DNA of 64,000 bases from Nitrospirota bacterium. GTDB taxonomy: Bacteria; Nitrospirota; UBA9217. A program made the translations under genes and the position numbers. A model generated the notes under the pieces. That model was not told the origin of the DNA, ran no database searches, and saw nothing but the letters and a program-made list of their open reading frames with translations. Numbering within the stretch: the first letter of the stretch is position 1; each line of letters opens with the position of its first letter. Where the stretch lies: contig CAVVUN010000015.1 of NCBI GenBank assembly GCA_963751455.1, forward strand, positions 672,001 to 736,000, written 5' to 3'. Of this stretch, positions 31,466 through 41,812 are shown piece by piece.

Positions 31466-32602
31466 ATGCAAAAAAAATATCTCTTGGCCCCCGGGCCGAC
31501 GCCTGTTCCGCCTGAAGCGCTCCTGGCGATGGCCATGCCGATTATTCATCACCGTGCCCCGGATTTTTTGCCGGTGCTCGAATCGGCAAAAAAGGGCCTT
31601 CAATGGCTTTACCAGACGAAGAACGACGTGCTGATCCTTTGCTCCACCGGCACGGGCGGCATGGTCGGTTCCGTCACCAACTTTTTGAGCCCTGGCGACG
31701 ACGTCCTTGTTATTAACGGCGGAAAGTTCGGCGAACGATGGACAAAGATCTGCCAGGCCTACGGTATGAAGGTTGAGGAACTGCTGGTGGAATGGGGCAA
31801 TGCGGTTAAATCCGAACAGGTGGAGGCCGCCCTCAAGAAGAACCCGAAGATCAAGGCAGTCTTCGTGCAGGCAAACGAAACATCAACCGGTGTGTACCAT
31901 GATGTAAAGTCCGTTGCCGCGGTCGTCAAAAAGACCGACGCTCTGTTTGTCGTTGATGCGATATCGGCGCTTGTGGCCCATGATATAAGGACTGACGAGT
32001 GGGGAATCGACGTGATGGTGGGCGGGTCCCAGAAGGGCGTCATGCTGCCCCCAGGCCTTGCCTTTGTCTCCGTAAGCGACAAGGCATGGAAGGCTGCGGA
32101 TACGGCAAAAACCCCGAAGTTCTATTTCAACTTTAAAAAAGAGCGTGAGAACCTTGCAAAGAACCAGACGAACTTCACGTCCGCAGTTACGTTGATCATC
32201 GGCTTGAACGCTTCGATCAAGATGCTCCAGGCAGAGGGGCTTGACAACGTTTTTGCACGTCACGAAAAGCTGGCAAAAGCGACCCGCGCGGCAGCAGCGG
32301 CGCTTGGTCTCAAGCTCTTTCCGAAGGAAAGCCCGAGCAACGCGCTCACTGCTATCGAAGCGCCGGCAGGCGTGGACGGCCAGGCAATATATAAGAACCT
32401 CAGGGAGAAGTACGGTATAACGGGAGCAGGCGGCCAGGATAAGCTCAAGGGCAAGATATTCCGGATCGCGCACCTCGGATATGCAGACACATTCGATGTG
32501 ATCACCGCGGTTGCAGGCATCGAGATGGTCCTGAAAGGCCTGGGGCACCCCGTCAAGCTCGGAACCGGCGTGGCAGCCGCCGAAGAAATATTGATGAAGT
32601 AA
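31466..32602 (+). CDS. Class V PLP aminotransferase (alanine-glyoxylate/phosphoserine type)
   Basis: PGPTPVP, NETSTGV, VVDAIS, GSQKG..LPPGL, FRIAHLG; directly upstream of serA. Confidence 0.9.
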   Translation: MQKKYLLAPGPTPVPPEALLAMAMPIIHHRAPDFLPVLESAKKGLQWLYQTKNDVLILCSTGTGGMVGSVTNFLSPGDDVLVINGGKFGERWTKICQAYGMKVEELLVEWGNAVKSEQVEAALKKNPKIKAVFVQANETSTGVYHDVKSVAAVVKKTDALFVVDAISALVAHDIRTDEWGIDVMVGGSQKGVMLPPGLAFVSVSDKAWKAADTAKTPKFYFNFKKERENLAKNQTNFTSAVTLIIGLNASIKMLQAEGLDNVFARHEKLAKATRAAAAALGLKLFPKESPSNALTAIEAPAGVDGQAIYKNLREKYGITGAGGQDKLKGKIFRIAHLGYADTFDVITAVAGIEMVLKGLGHPVKLGTGVAAAEEILMK

Positions 32603-32708
32603 TTTTTGCCACAGAGATCACGGAGACCACGGAGAAAAGCAGGTAATGATTTGTTACTCTGTGAACTCGGTGTCCTCTGCGGCTGCAGCTTTTAAATTTG
32701 GAGGATTC

Positions 32709-34286
32709 ATGAAGGTTCTGATCAGCGATAATCTCTCGCCCGTCGGGGTTGAGATCCTAAAAAAGGCCGGACTCGAGGTGGACGCCCGGAGCAAGACCGC
32801 GCAGGAGGAGATCGAGAAGATCATCGGAGAATATGATGCCCTGATCATCCGGTCGGCGACAAAAGTTACGGCAGCGCTGCTCGAAAAGGCGACGAAGCTC
32901 AAGGTCGTTGGCCGTGCAGGAAGCGGTCTTGATAACGTTGACATCCCGGCGGCAACCAAGAAGGGCGTGGTCGTCATGAACACTCCCGGCGGCAACACGG
33001 TCACCACGGCTGAGCATACAGTGGGCATGATCTTCGCATGCGCACGCATGATCCCCCAGGCCTATGCGTCGCTCAAGGCCGGTAAATGGGAAAAGAAAAA
33101 ATTCGAAGGGGTTGAGCTCTATGCCAAGACGCTTGGCATCATAGGCCTGGGCGCAATAGGCGGCGTGGTTGCGAACCGTGCGATCGGCCTGGGCATGAAA
33201 GTGCTCGCATTCGATCCCTTCATCTCGACTGAGAAGGCCACATCGCTTGGCATTGAGCTGGCGGACCTGCCCGCGATCTACAGGCGGTCGGATTTTATCA
33301 CGATCCACACGCCCAAAACGAAGGAGACGGCGAACCTGATCAACCGGAACACGATTGCCCAGATGAAAGACAGCGTCCGGATCATCAATTGCGCGCGGGG
33401 CGGCATCGTGAACGAACAGGACCTCTACGAGGCGCTCAAGAGCGGCAAGGTGGCAGCAGCGGCCTTCGATGTTTTCGAGAAGGAGCCGCCGGACAGCCAT
33501 CCGCTCCTGACACTGGATAATTTCATCGCTACGCCGCATCTGGGCGCTTCCACCCTGGAAGCTCAGGAGAACGTTGCTGTTGCGGTTGCAGAGCAGGTTG
33601 TGGATTATCTCGTGGCCGGGACCGTACGCAACGCCGTAAACGTGCCGTCAGTACCGGCCGACCAGCTGCCGACGCTTTCGCCATACATAAATCTGGCCGA
33701 GCGCATGGGCCTGTTCGTGGGCCAGCTGACTGAAGGCGGGCTGACGCAGGTCACGATCGAATACAGCGGAGAGGTGGCTAATCTCAAGCAGGAGCCTATT
33801 ACGCTCGCGGCCCTCAAGGGGCTGCTCACGCCAACCCTGCAGGAGAACGTGAACTATGTAAATGCGCCGCTCATGGCAAAGGACCGGGGAATCGATGTCA
33901 AGGTTTCTAAATCCAGCGGAACTGCCGAATATACAAGTCTCGTAACGCTCAGGATCAGGGCGGGCGGCAGGGACCTTTCTGCTGCAGGCACACTGAACAG
34001 CAGGAAGGAACCGAGGATCATACAAGTGGACAACTTCCCGATGGAGACCGTTCCGGACGGAGCGATGCTCGTGCTGATGAATAACGATAAGCCGGGCGTC
34101 ATCGGCGGTATCGGCATGATTCTCGGCCAGAACGGCGTCAATATCGCGAGGATGCAGTTCGGCCGGGAGACGCAGGGCGGCCTCGCCATGTCTGTAGTGA
34201 GCGTCGACAGTGTCGTATCTGACGATCTTATGGCGAAGATCAAGCAGCTCCCGAACGTGCTGTCCGTAAAACTGATACGAATCTAG
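32709..34286 (+). CDS. serA: D-3-phosphoglycerate dehydrogenase (long form with ACT domain)
   Basis: IRSATKV, GRAGSGLDNVD, GLGAIG, INCARGG, TPHLGAST.EAQ, NNDKPGVIG. Confidence 0.95.
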   Translation: MKVLISDNLSPVGVEILKKAGLEVDARSKTAQEEIEKIIGEYDALIIRSATKVTAALLEKATKLKVVGRAGSGLDNVDIPAATKKGVVVMNTPGGNTVTTAEHTVGMIFACARMIPQAYASLKAGKWEKKKFEGVELYAKTLGIIGLGAIGGVVANRAIGLGMKVLAFDPFISTEKATSLGIELADLPAIYRRSDFITIHTPKTKETANLINRNTIAQMKDSVRIINCARGGIVNEQDLYEALKSGKVAAAAFDVFEKEPPDSHPLLTLDNFIATPHLGASTLEAQENVAVAVAEQVVDYLVAGTVRNAVNVPSVPADQLPTLSPYINLAERMGLFVGQLTEGGLTQVTIEYSGEVANLKQEPITLAALKGLLTPTLQENVNYVNAPLMAKDRGIDVKVSKSSGTAEYTSLVTLRIRAGGRDLSAAGTLNSRKEPRIIQVDNFPMETVPDGAMLVLMNNDKPGVIGGIGMILGQNGVNIARMQFGRETQGGLAMSVVSVDSVVSDDLMAKIKQLPNVLSVKLIRI

Positions 34287-34341
34287 TTCAATCGATTGAA
34301 GATTGGAAATGTAAATTGAAAATTATTTCTTCAATTTTTAA

Positions 34342-35691
<1,350 letters not shown>

Positions 35692-35850
35692 AACATTAAA
35701 TTCCAAATAACAAGCGCCAAATAACAAATAAGCATCAATAAGCAAGCAAGAAGTTCGGAGTTCAGCAATTTGGATTTAGCAGTGTCCCGTAAATTTTGTT
35801 GCAAAACCGCGGGAACTCTGATAATATACGCGTCTTCGCGTGGAAAACGC

Positions 35851-35926
35851 GGGCCGGTAGCTCAGTTGGTAGAGCACCGCCCTTTTAAGGCGGGTGTCCT
35901 GGGTTCGAGTCCCAGCCGGCTCACCA
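35851..35926 (+). tRNA. tRNA-Lys (TTT)
   Basis: Cloverleaf; anticodon loop CTTTTAA, GGTTCGAGTCC T-arm, CCA end. Confidence 0.96.
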
Positions 35927-35931
35927 CTTCA

Positions 35932-36015
35932 ATTGCGGATTGCAGATTGCGGAATTCGGATTGAAAGAAAAAGTCAGGCAGTTAAATCCGCAATCCGAAA
36001 TCCACAATCCCAAAT
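35932..36015. repeat. Inverted heptamer repeat between the tRNAs
   Basis: ttgcgga ttgcaga ttgcgga attcgga mirrored by aatccgc aatccga aatccac aatccca. Confidence 0.75.
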
Positions 36016-36020
36016 TATAT

Positions 36021-36098
36021 GTCCCCATCGTCTAGCCCGGCCCAGGACACCGCCCTTTCACGGCGATAACGGGGGTTCGAATCCCCCTGGGGACGCCA
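36021..36098 (+). tRNA. tRNA-Glu (TTC), integration target
   Basis: Anticodon loop CTTTCAC, GGTTCGAATCC T-arm, CCA end. Confidence 0.95.
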
Positions 36099-37428
36099 AT
36101 TTACTTCTGTAACCCACGGATTTCTTAATCAGATTTTCCGTGGGTTTTCTTGTTTCTGGCCTGTTGTGAATGTCTTGTGAATGAATTTCTGTAACACTCC
36201 CGCCGTGCATCTTCCGCAGCATCTCTACTGATCGCTGAACATACTTTTTCGACATCCCTGACGTGCTCTGACCGGCCATCATTTCCATGTCCTTCTCACT
36301 GTGCCCGTTGAGTGCGTACTGCGTCATCGTCGTGTGTTTGGTTGCATTGTACACGTTGACATAAGGAACGCCGGCGCGTTTGCAGGCACGCTTCCAGATG
36401 TCATTCACAACCCAGTTGGAATACCGGGTGCCGAGTTCGTTCGGGAAAGCGATCTCTCGACCAAAGCGGCCTTGGAGAATTGAGGTATCAAAGCGAGGAT
36501 GAAGCGGAATCACGTATTCCTTTCGGTTCTTTCTCGTTTTCAGACTTCGATCAAAATCCAGACTATTCTCAATCCAGACGGTCATTGCCTTCAAATCGAA
36601 GTGCCGCACATCCAGGGCGCAGGCCTCGGACGGCCGCACAGGATGCTTAATGAGAAAGTCGATAATCGCATGATGAACCGGGTTCGTGATAGAAGCGAAC
36701 GCCTTGTCCCGGTCCTCGATCGGCATGACGCGAACCAGCTTCTCGCTGAGTACAATCGGGTCGAAGATCGGAACGATGAAATCACGCTTCATTTTGTGGA
36801 GCCAGTTACAGAAGCCGCGGAGCTGATCCATCACGTTCTTGACCGCCTTATCTGAAAGCGGCTGATCTTTATGGCCTCCGAATGGGATCCGGTATACCTC
36901 AACGAGGTGCTTCTGGAAGCGGGCGATGTCCATTGTCTCGATCTCGAGCATGTTCCGTTCGCTGAAGAATGGGATGAAATGATCCTCGCAATACTGCTCG
37001 ATCTTTCGAATATAGGAGAGCGCCCGTTTCGGTTTCCTCGAGCGAATGTCGCTCAGCCAGGTGATTTTATCAGGCCCGGGATCTGCCGTTTGAAAAAGGA
37101 ACTTCCCTTTGTATTCGTCCAGCTCAGAAGCAAGGTATTTTCTGATATCGAACCGCCGATGCTCAGTCTTGCACACGTCAAGATCGGTTCGGATACTCTC
37201 AATGACTCCATAGGCGAGACTATAACTCGAGAACATATGCCCGGTCTTGTAATACCGGCTGATCACGTAGGGCTTGTGGGTGACTTTATCGTAAAAGAAG
37301 ATGTAGACCTTATCGGGTTTTGTTTGGCAGGTAGGACATATTAAAGCAGGTGCTTTTCCGACAAAGAGCTCCTTGAACTTTCCGGCGCAGACAGGACACA
37401 CTTCGCGGGTACGGACTTGTCCGCTCAT
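36058..37428 (-). CDS. Tyrosine integrase with N-terminal CxxC/CxxC zinc ribbon; reads through attL into the tRNA
   Basis: VRPSEACAL (Arg I), K, YNATKH, MAGQS, KKY; GGAGG RBS before ATG 37428. Confidence 0.88.
   Translation of the reverse strand: MSGQVRTREVCPVCAGKFKELFVGKAPALICPTCQTKPDKVYIFFYDKVTHKPYVISRYYKTGHMFSSYSLAYGVIESIRTDLDVCKTEHRRFDIRKYLASELDEYKGKFLFQTADPGPDKITWLSDIRSRKPKRALSYIRKIEQYCEDHFIPFFSERNMLEIETMDIARFQKHLVEVYRIPFGGHKDQPLSDKAVKNVMDQLRGFCNWLHKMKRDFIVPIFDPIVLSEKLVRVMPIEDRDKAFASITNPVHHAIIDFLIKHPVRPSEACALDVRHFDLKAMTVWIENSLDFDRSLKTRKNRKEYVIPLHPRFDTSILQGRFGREIAFPNELGTRYSNWVVNDIWKRACKRAGVPYVNVYNATKHTTMTQYALNGHSEKDMEMMAGQSTSGMSKKYVQRSVEMLRKMHGGSVTEIHSQDIHNRPETRKPTENLIKKSVGYRSKLASPGGFEPPLSP
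36164..36185 (+). repeat. Arm-type integrase-binding repeat (left)
   Basis: TTGTGAATGTCTTGTGAATGAA; copy with one mismatch at 56075-56096. Confidence 0.75.
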
Positions 37429-37666
37429 GTTATGGCCCCCCTCCTCAGTCTTCTGGTGGGGGTGATTGTAGGCTATGTCCACGCCTAAAGTCAAGCTGCC
37501 GTCCTCGATTGTCCTCAACCGCACTGGATTTGGAATCCAGCGGGGGATTTTAGAAATCGCAAATTCAAAGAGTTACGACCCTTATGCCACCTGTATGCTC
37601 GCGACCTTTTTACTGAAACCCGCTGGCCATTCGCCGTAATTACCGTCCATCTTTCAATATTGAGTT

Positions 37667-39223
37667 CTAGACGGTTCTATCCGACCCTATCACCTGTGAA
37701 GTTGCACCCAGCTGTATGAGCGCCTGGTTTGCATTGAGTGCTCCGGCGATCGCGGTAGCCCAGATGTTACCGCCGGCCTTCGCAGTATCAGCTCTGATCT
37801 CCATTGACGCGATAAGCGCCCTCACCGCCAATTGGGCCTGCTGCGCAAGTATCTGCGTCTGGAACTCAGCTGCCCCTTTCGTAAGTCCTGCGACGGCCAC
37901 CCCGACATCCGCACGCGCCTTCTGCAGTCCGACCTCTGCCGAGTACGCCCCGACCTTGGCCCCGAACGCAGAACCTTTCGCGGCTATCACCGAGGCAAGC
38001 CCTTCGGCCTTGGCTTTGAGCGCCTGCATATACGAGTCGAATTGCTTTAAGATAGCCATGTTCTTCTCTGCCGTGGCCTTGAGTTTTTCAACCTGCATCA
38101 TGGCGTCCGTTTTAGCGTATTCAAGGCTGAGTCCGTAATCGGTCTTTTCCTTGTCAAGCTTGGCCGTAAACGCCTTTAAAAGCATCTCGTTCTTGGAAAT
38201 CTGATGCCCTAAAAGGGCAAGCTGCACATCAGCAGCCTTTATGAGCGCCGATACCCGTGCAGCATACTTGGATATCCATGCGTTATAGAAGCCGAGAGAA
38301 AATTCGAAGACCGACCGCATGGCCGTCAGCGCCCGATTCTTCACCTGGTCGTAATGCTGGACCTCGACAGCCAGGACCTGAAGCATGCTCGACGTGGTGA
38401 ACTGCTGGTTCTGCAGGCTCATCTTTGCCTGGTCTTCGGCTACCGACCGGGACTCGTCCATTTTCTTATACCCATACTCGGTTTCGAATGCAGTGACTGT
38501 CTGTTTAAGAGTGCCCTGCGGCAGATCCCACCCAAAACGCGCATGATCATCGGCCATCTTCACGACCGTACGCTGCCGGATAAGTTCGTCACGCTCGGAC
38601 ATCCGATCCCATATCTGTCGCTCAACCGTGGGGTTGATACCCGTTACGCCGGCGGCCATGTCCGCAGTAAGCTTCGCATAGAGTGCGGTTGCGCTTATTG
38701 ACGAAAGGCTCTCGTTCTCTGCCTGGTATAGGCTGTCCTTATACGAGGTGATCGCGTCCTGGATAACGGTCATATCGTCCGACATCTTGATATCATTAAG
38801 GCTATCGGGATCAAAAAGGTCATCCGGGTTCGGTAAATCGATTTCTTTAAAATCCTTCAGGTCTTCCGTTGTCGGCGGCGCGTCGACTGTCTTGATATTA
38901 AGTGAGTCGTACGGATCCAGCGTGCCAGAAGGAGTTGGCGGCGTAGCACCGTTAAAGTCAATAGCTCCGATCTGCGACTCCTGCTGTGCGGTGTCAAGAT
39001 TGGCCCGGACAGTAATCGTCGTTCTGGGGTCGCTGATCAGCGTCTCCGGACTCGGCGGCGTCCATTGAAGCGCCGGAATCTCTACATTCGGCAGGAATAA
39101 TGAGGTTGATATCTGCTGCAGGGCTGACAGAAACTGCGCTGCGTTATCTACGTTTTCCGTTACATTCTGGTTGAGCGTTGCAAGCCGCTCGCTAACCGCC
39201 GCATTGACTTCTTCAACTGACAT
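37667..39223 (-). CDS. ~520-aa Ala-rich coiled-coil protein, possibly virion-associated
   Basis: Long helical ORF with GGAGG RBS, downstream of the terS-like gene; function is inferred only. Confidence 0.55.
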   Translation of the reverse strand: MSVEEVNAAVSERLATLNQNVTENVDNAAQFLSALQQISTSLFLPNVEIPALQWTPPSPETLISDPRTTITVRANLDTAQQESQIGAIDFNGATPPTPSGTLDPYDSLNIKTVDAPPTTEDLKDFKEIDLPNPDDLFDPDSLNDIKMSDDMTVIQDAITSYKDSLYQAENESLSSISATALYAKLTADMAAGVTGINPTVERQIWDRMSERDELIRQRTVVKMADDHARFGWDLPQGTLKQTVTAFETEYGYKKMDESRSVAEDQAKMSLQNQQFTTSSMLQVLAVEVQHYDQVKNRALTAMRSVFEFSLGFYNAWISKYAARVSALIKAADVQLALLGHQISKNEMLLKAFTAKLDKEKTDYGLSLEYAKTDAMMQVEKLKATAEKNMAILKQFDSYMQALKAKAEGLASVIAAKGSAFGAKVGAYSAEVGLQKARADVGVAVAGLTKGAAEFQTQILAQQAQLAVRALIASMEIRADTAKAGGNIWATAIAGALNANQALIQLGATSQVIGSDRTV

Positions 39224-39629
39224 ATACACCTCCATTTAATGTTGCGTTTTGTTAACATCTTCAGCCTTACTCAACGGGTCCGACGCGCTGCCAGGCAACC
39301 CGCTACTGCCCATGTCATCTAGGCAATAAATCTGAGATTTTCACATGAACTATATTTAGCTGCGACCTTAACAAACCTTAACAACCTCACTGCTTCAAGA
39401 GTCGGAACGTTAGCTTTTGTTAACAGGCCATTGGTTTCCGACCATTTCAGACAAAGGCGACTTGATCCCTGGTTGCGAGCCGTACACGATTCCACATCTT
39501 CTCGATAAAAATATCGGTAAATATCGGTTTCAAAGCTCACTAAGTCGAGAATCTTTCACGTTAATTTCGTGGCAACGAGTTTTAAACAATGCGGCCAGTG
39601 ACTCTCCAAAGTGTCGGTTTTTCTCCGGG

Positions 39630-39899
39630 TCAGTCCTCGTTTCCCACCTTGTCCGACTTCCCGATGAAAGCAAGCTCTTCGTCGGTCACATGCATTCCTT
39701 TTCGGAGATAACCTTCGATCAACGCTCTCCGTACCCGCGGTCTGTTCCGGACCAGGCATTGCTTGCTGCGCGCAGTTGATCTCTTGTAGCCGGCATCCAG
39801 CATAGCGCCCGTATAACACTCGCCGTCGAGAAGGGCCTGCACGAGCTTCCGCTCTTTTTCGGAGAGGGTCTCAATTGTCTTGGGTTTGTCATTGACCAT
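39630..39899 (-). CDS. Terminase small subunit-like HTH protein
   Basis: LSEKERKLV..LL.G...T.AM.DAGY...TA resembles the TerS N-terminal LTxKQ..F...AA..AGYS..TA pattern; GAGG RBS. Confidence 0.55.
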   Translation of the reverse strand: MVNDKPKTIETLSEKERKLVQALLDGECYTGAMLDAGYKRSTARSKQCLVRNRPRVRRALIEGYLRKGMHVTDEELAFIGKSDKVGNED

Positions 39900-40071
39900 C
39901 GTTTTTTACCTCTACCAATGCCCTAAATTTCCCCGATTCCTGCCTCTGCCTGTCTCACTACCATCTCACCCTGGGAAAACGTCTCTTTTTCCCTAAACAG
40001 ACACTTTGTCCACTGCATTTTTATCTTTCCCGAATGGCCTGAGATTCGCGAGAGCTGTTTTTTTCTGATCC

Positions 40072-40341
40072 TCAGACCTCAACTTGCTCAAATTCGGATT
40101 CTTGCCGCACCGGAAAGGATACAATGGCATTCGGCCTTGCCGTGCCTGCGAGCTCTGGCCGGCCTTCCAGCCTTGCGACGATCGTTGGGATCTTGTCCAT
40201 GATCGCCTGTACCTCAAGGGCCACGTCTTCGGGCAAACCAAAACTAGACCTGGCTCGAGCAAGGTTCAGTTGGGCCTTTAAAAGACACTGGATCTGAAAA
40301 CGTCTTGCCGCTTCGCCTAAAGTTGTCATTTCTTCCCCCAC
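40072..40341 (-). CDS. Hypothetical protein of the element
   Basis: Co-oriented with and closely packed after the CHC2 gene. Confidence 0.4.
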   Translation of the reverse strand: MGEEMTTLGEAARRFQIQCLLKAQLNLARARSSFGLPEDVALEVQAIMDKIPTIVARLEGRPELAGTARPNAIVSFPVRQESEFEQVEV

Positions 40342-40359
40342 TGGTTTAACGCCTGCCGT

Positions 40360-40944
40360 TTATTGAAGTGCCTGTACCGCTTCTGGAAAGGTTGCCCCGT
40401 ATAATTTCCGGTAAACGTCGATCGTGTCCGCTGTCTTGCCGCAAGAGAAGCAGTAGGCGAAATTATTCTTGATGAACATGCTCGGCCTGTGGTCTTCATG
40501 AAAGAGGCAGAGAGCCATTCCGCGGCGCGCATCAATGAAATTATCTATCGGGTATGCTTTCGCTCGCTCGATCATGTCAGGCGTGACGGTGTCTTGTTTC
40601 GGTTTCTGTCCGAATGCTTCGAGCCCCTTTTCGAGCAGATAATCACGCTCTCGCTTTAATTTATCCTTGTTCTTCATCAGTCTGGCTACGCGGTCCGCTA
40701 TCATGTGGCCGCTCATCAAATTTGTTTTGTGCTTCTCATAGCTTATCGATGCATCGAGCAGATGGTCTTGAATTTCTGCGATCTGTTCCATTAGAGCGAA
40801 AATCCGCAACCATTCCCCCTCGCGGGCCATCTCGTTTTTATGTTCGTGAATCCGCGCGCGGACTCTCGGCATATCTACAGCGTTTCTCCACTTTGTGAGC
40901 GCTGCATCACTTATCACCATTTCCTGATATTCGAGGTCGGTCAT
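40360..40944 (-). CDS. CHC2 zinc-finger protein (primase Zn-binding domain, no TOPRIM)
   Basis: CLFHEDHRPSM...YCFSCG...DTID......TF.EAV..L. Confidence 0.85.
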   Translation of the reverse strand: MTDLEYQEMVISDAALTKWRNAVDMPRVRARIHEHKNEMAREGEWLRIFALMEQIAEIQDHLLDASISYEKHKTNLMSGHMIADRVARLMKNKDKLKRERDYLLEKGLEAFGQKPKQDTVTPDMIERAKAYPIDNFIDARRGMALCLFHEDHRPSMFIKNNFAYCFSCGKTADTIDVYRKLYGATFPEAVQALQ

Positions 40945-40966
40945 GGGCGCCCCTGCTTCCTGGCCT

Positions 40967-41812
40967 TCAGCTTTTCATGGTGCATCTGTCTGTATTCCGG
41001 CTCAATTGTTCTTTCCCTGAGATCCTGAGATAAGGTCCTATCTTCGTGACGTTCACCTTCTTGTTCTTCGCTCCTGTAGCTCGGCACTTCGCAACCTTCA
41101 GAACTGCGTTGTCTCCGCCATCAAGCCGCCATATAAAAACAACCGTGTCCGCTTCCTTGCCGATCATGCCCGAATCCCGGAGACTCCTGATCGTCGGTTC
41201 CTCTGCCGCTTCGCTTCTATTCGTGTGAACGATCAAGACAATGATCAGATTTTCGTTTATCGCCAACAATTTGAGCTTCCGGCATATCCGGCCCAGATCG
41301 TTCGACAGGTTCCCGGTTTCTACCTGGTCGGACAAATAGTGGAGGTGGTCTATAAAAACGGCGTGAATCGTTTTATATTTCAGCTTTGCCTCCCTGATTC
41401 GTTCGCCGATCCAAGTCAACGTGCTCATCTCAAGTTCTGCCGGTAACATAAAATACGGTACTGCCTCGCCGAATTTTGCTAGAAATTCATCCGGCCTTTC
41501 TTCATAACTAAACCACAGGCATCCTGCGTCCTGTTCTGAAAAATTATTTGTCAGTGTACGAGCTAAAAGTGTTTTCCCTTCTCCCTCATCCCCGCTCAGG
41601 ATTACGAGCTGCCCGCCGCGGCAATCCCGGATATGATCGTCAAGGCCCGGGATCTTGGTTCTGAGGACTATTGTCGGTTCGAACTTCTTTTCAGCGTGGA
41701 GCTGATCAACCTTATCCCAGGAGGTAATCACCCGACCGGGTCCGCAATAGCTCTTGAGTTCCGCGTCTGCCTTTCGGCGTTCGTTGTCTTTGATGATCTC
41801 TTCAGGGTTCAT
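40967..41812 (-). CDS. DnaB-like SF4 helicase (C-terminal ATPase domain only)
   Basis: GDEGEGKT, FSYE, FIDHLH, LKLLA, LRDSGMIGKEADTV, KVAKCR. Confidence 0.88.
   Translation of the reverse strand: MNPEEIIKDNERRKADAELKSYCGPGRVITSWDKVDQLHAEKKFEPTIVLRTKIPGLDDHIRDCRGGQLVILSGDEGEGKTLLARTLTNNFSEQDAGCLWFSYEERPDEFLAKFGEAVPYFMLPAELEMSTLTWIGERIREAKLKYKTIHAVFIDHLHYLSDQVETGNLSNDLGRICRKLKLLAINENLIIVLIVHTNRSEAAEEPTIRSLRDSGMIGKEADTVVFIWRLDGGDNAVLKVAKCRATGAKNKKVNVTKIGPYLRISGKEQLSRNTDRCTMKS

Noticed and set aside
39993-40130. Remnant of a small phage gene (PLYPFRCGKNP...SEDQK)
   Set aside because: Resemblance rests on memory alone and it overlaps another ORF; too weak to call
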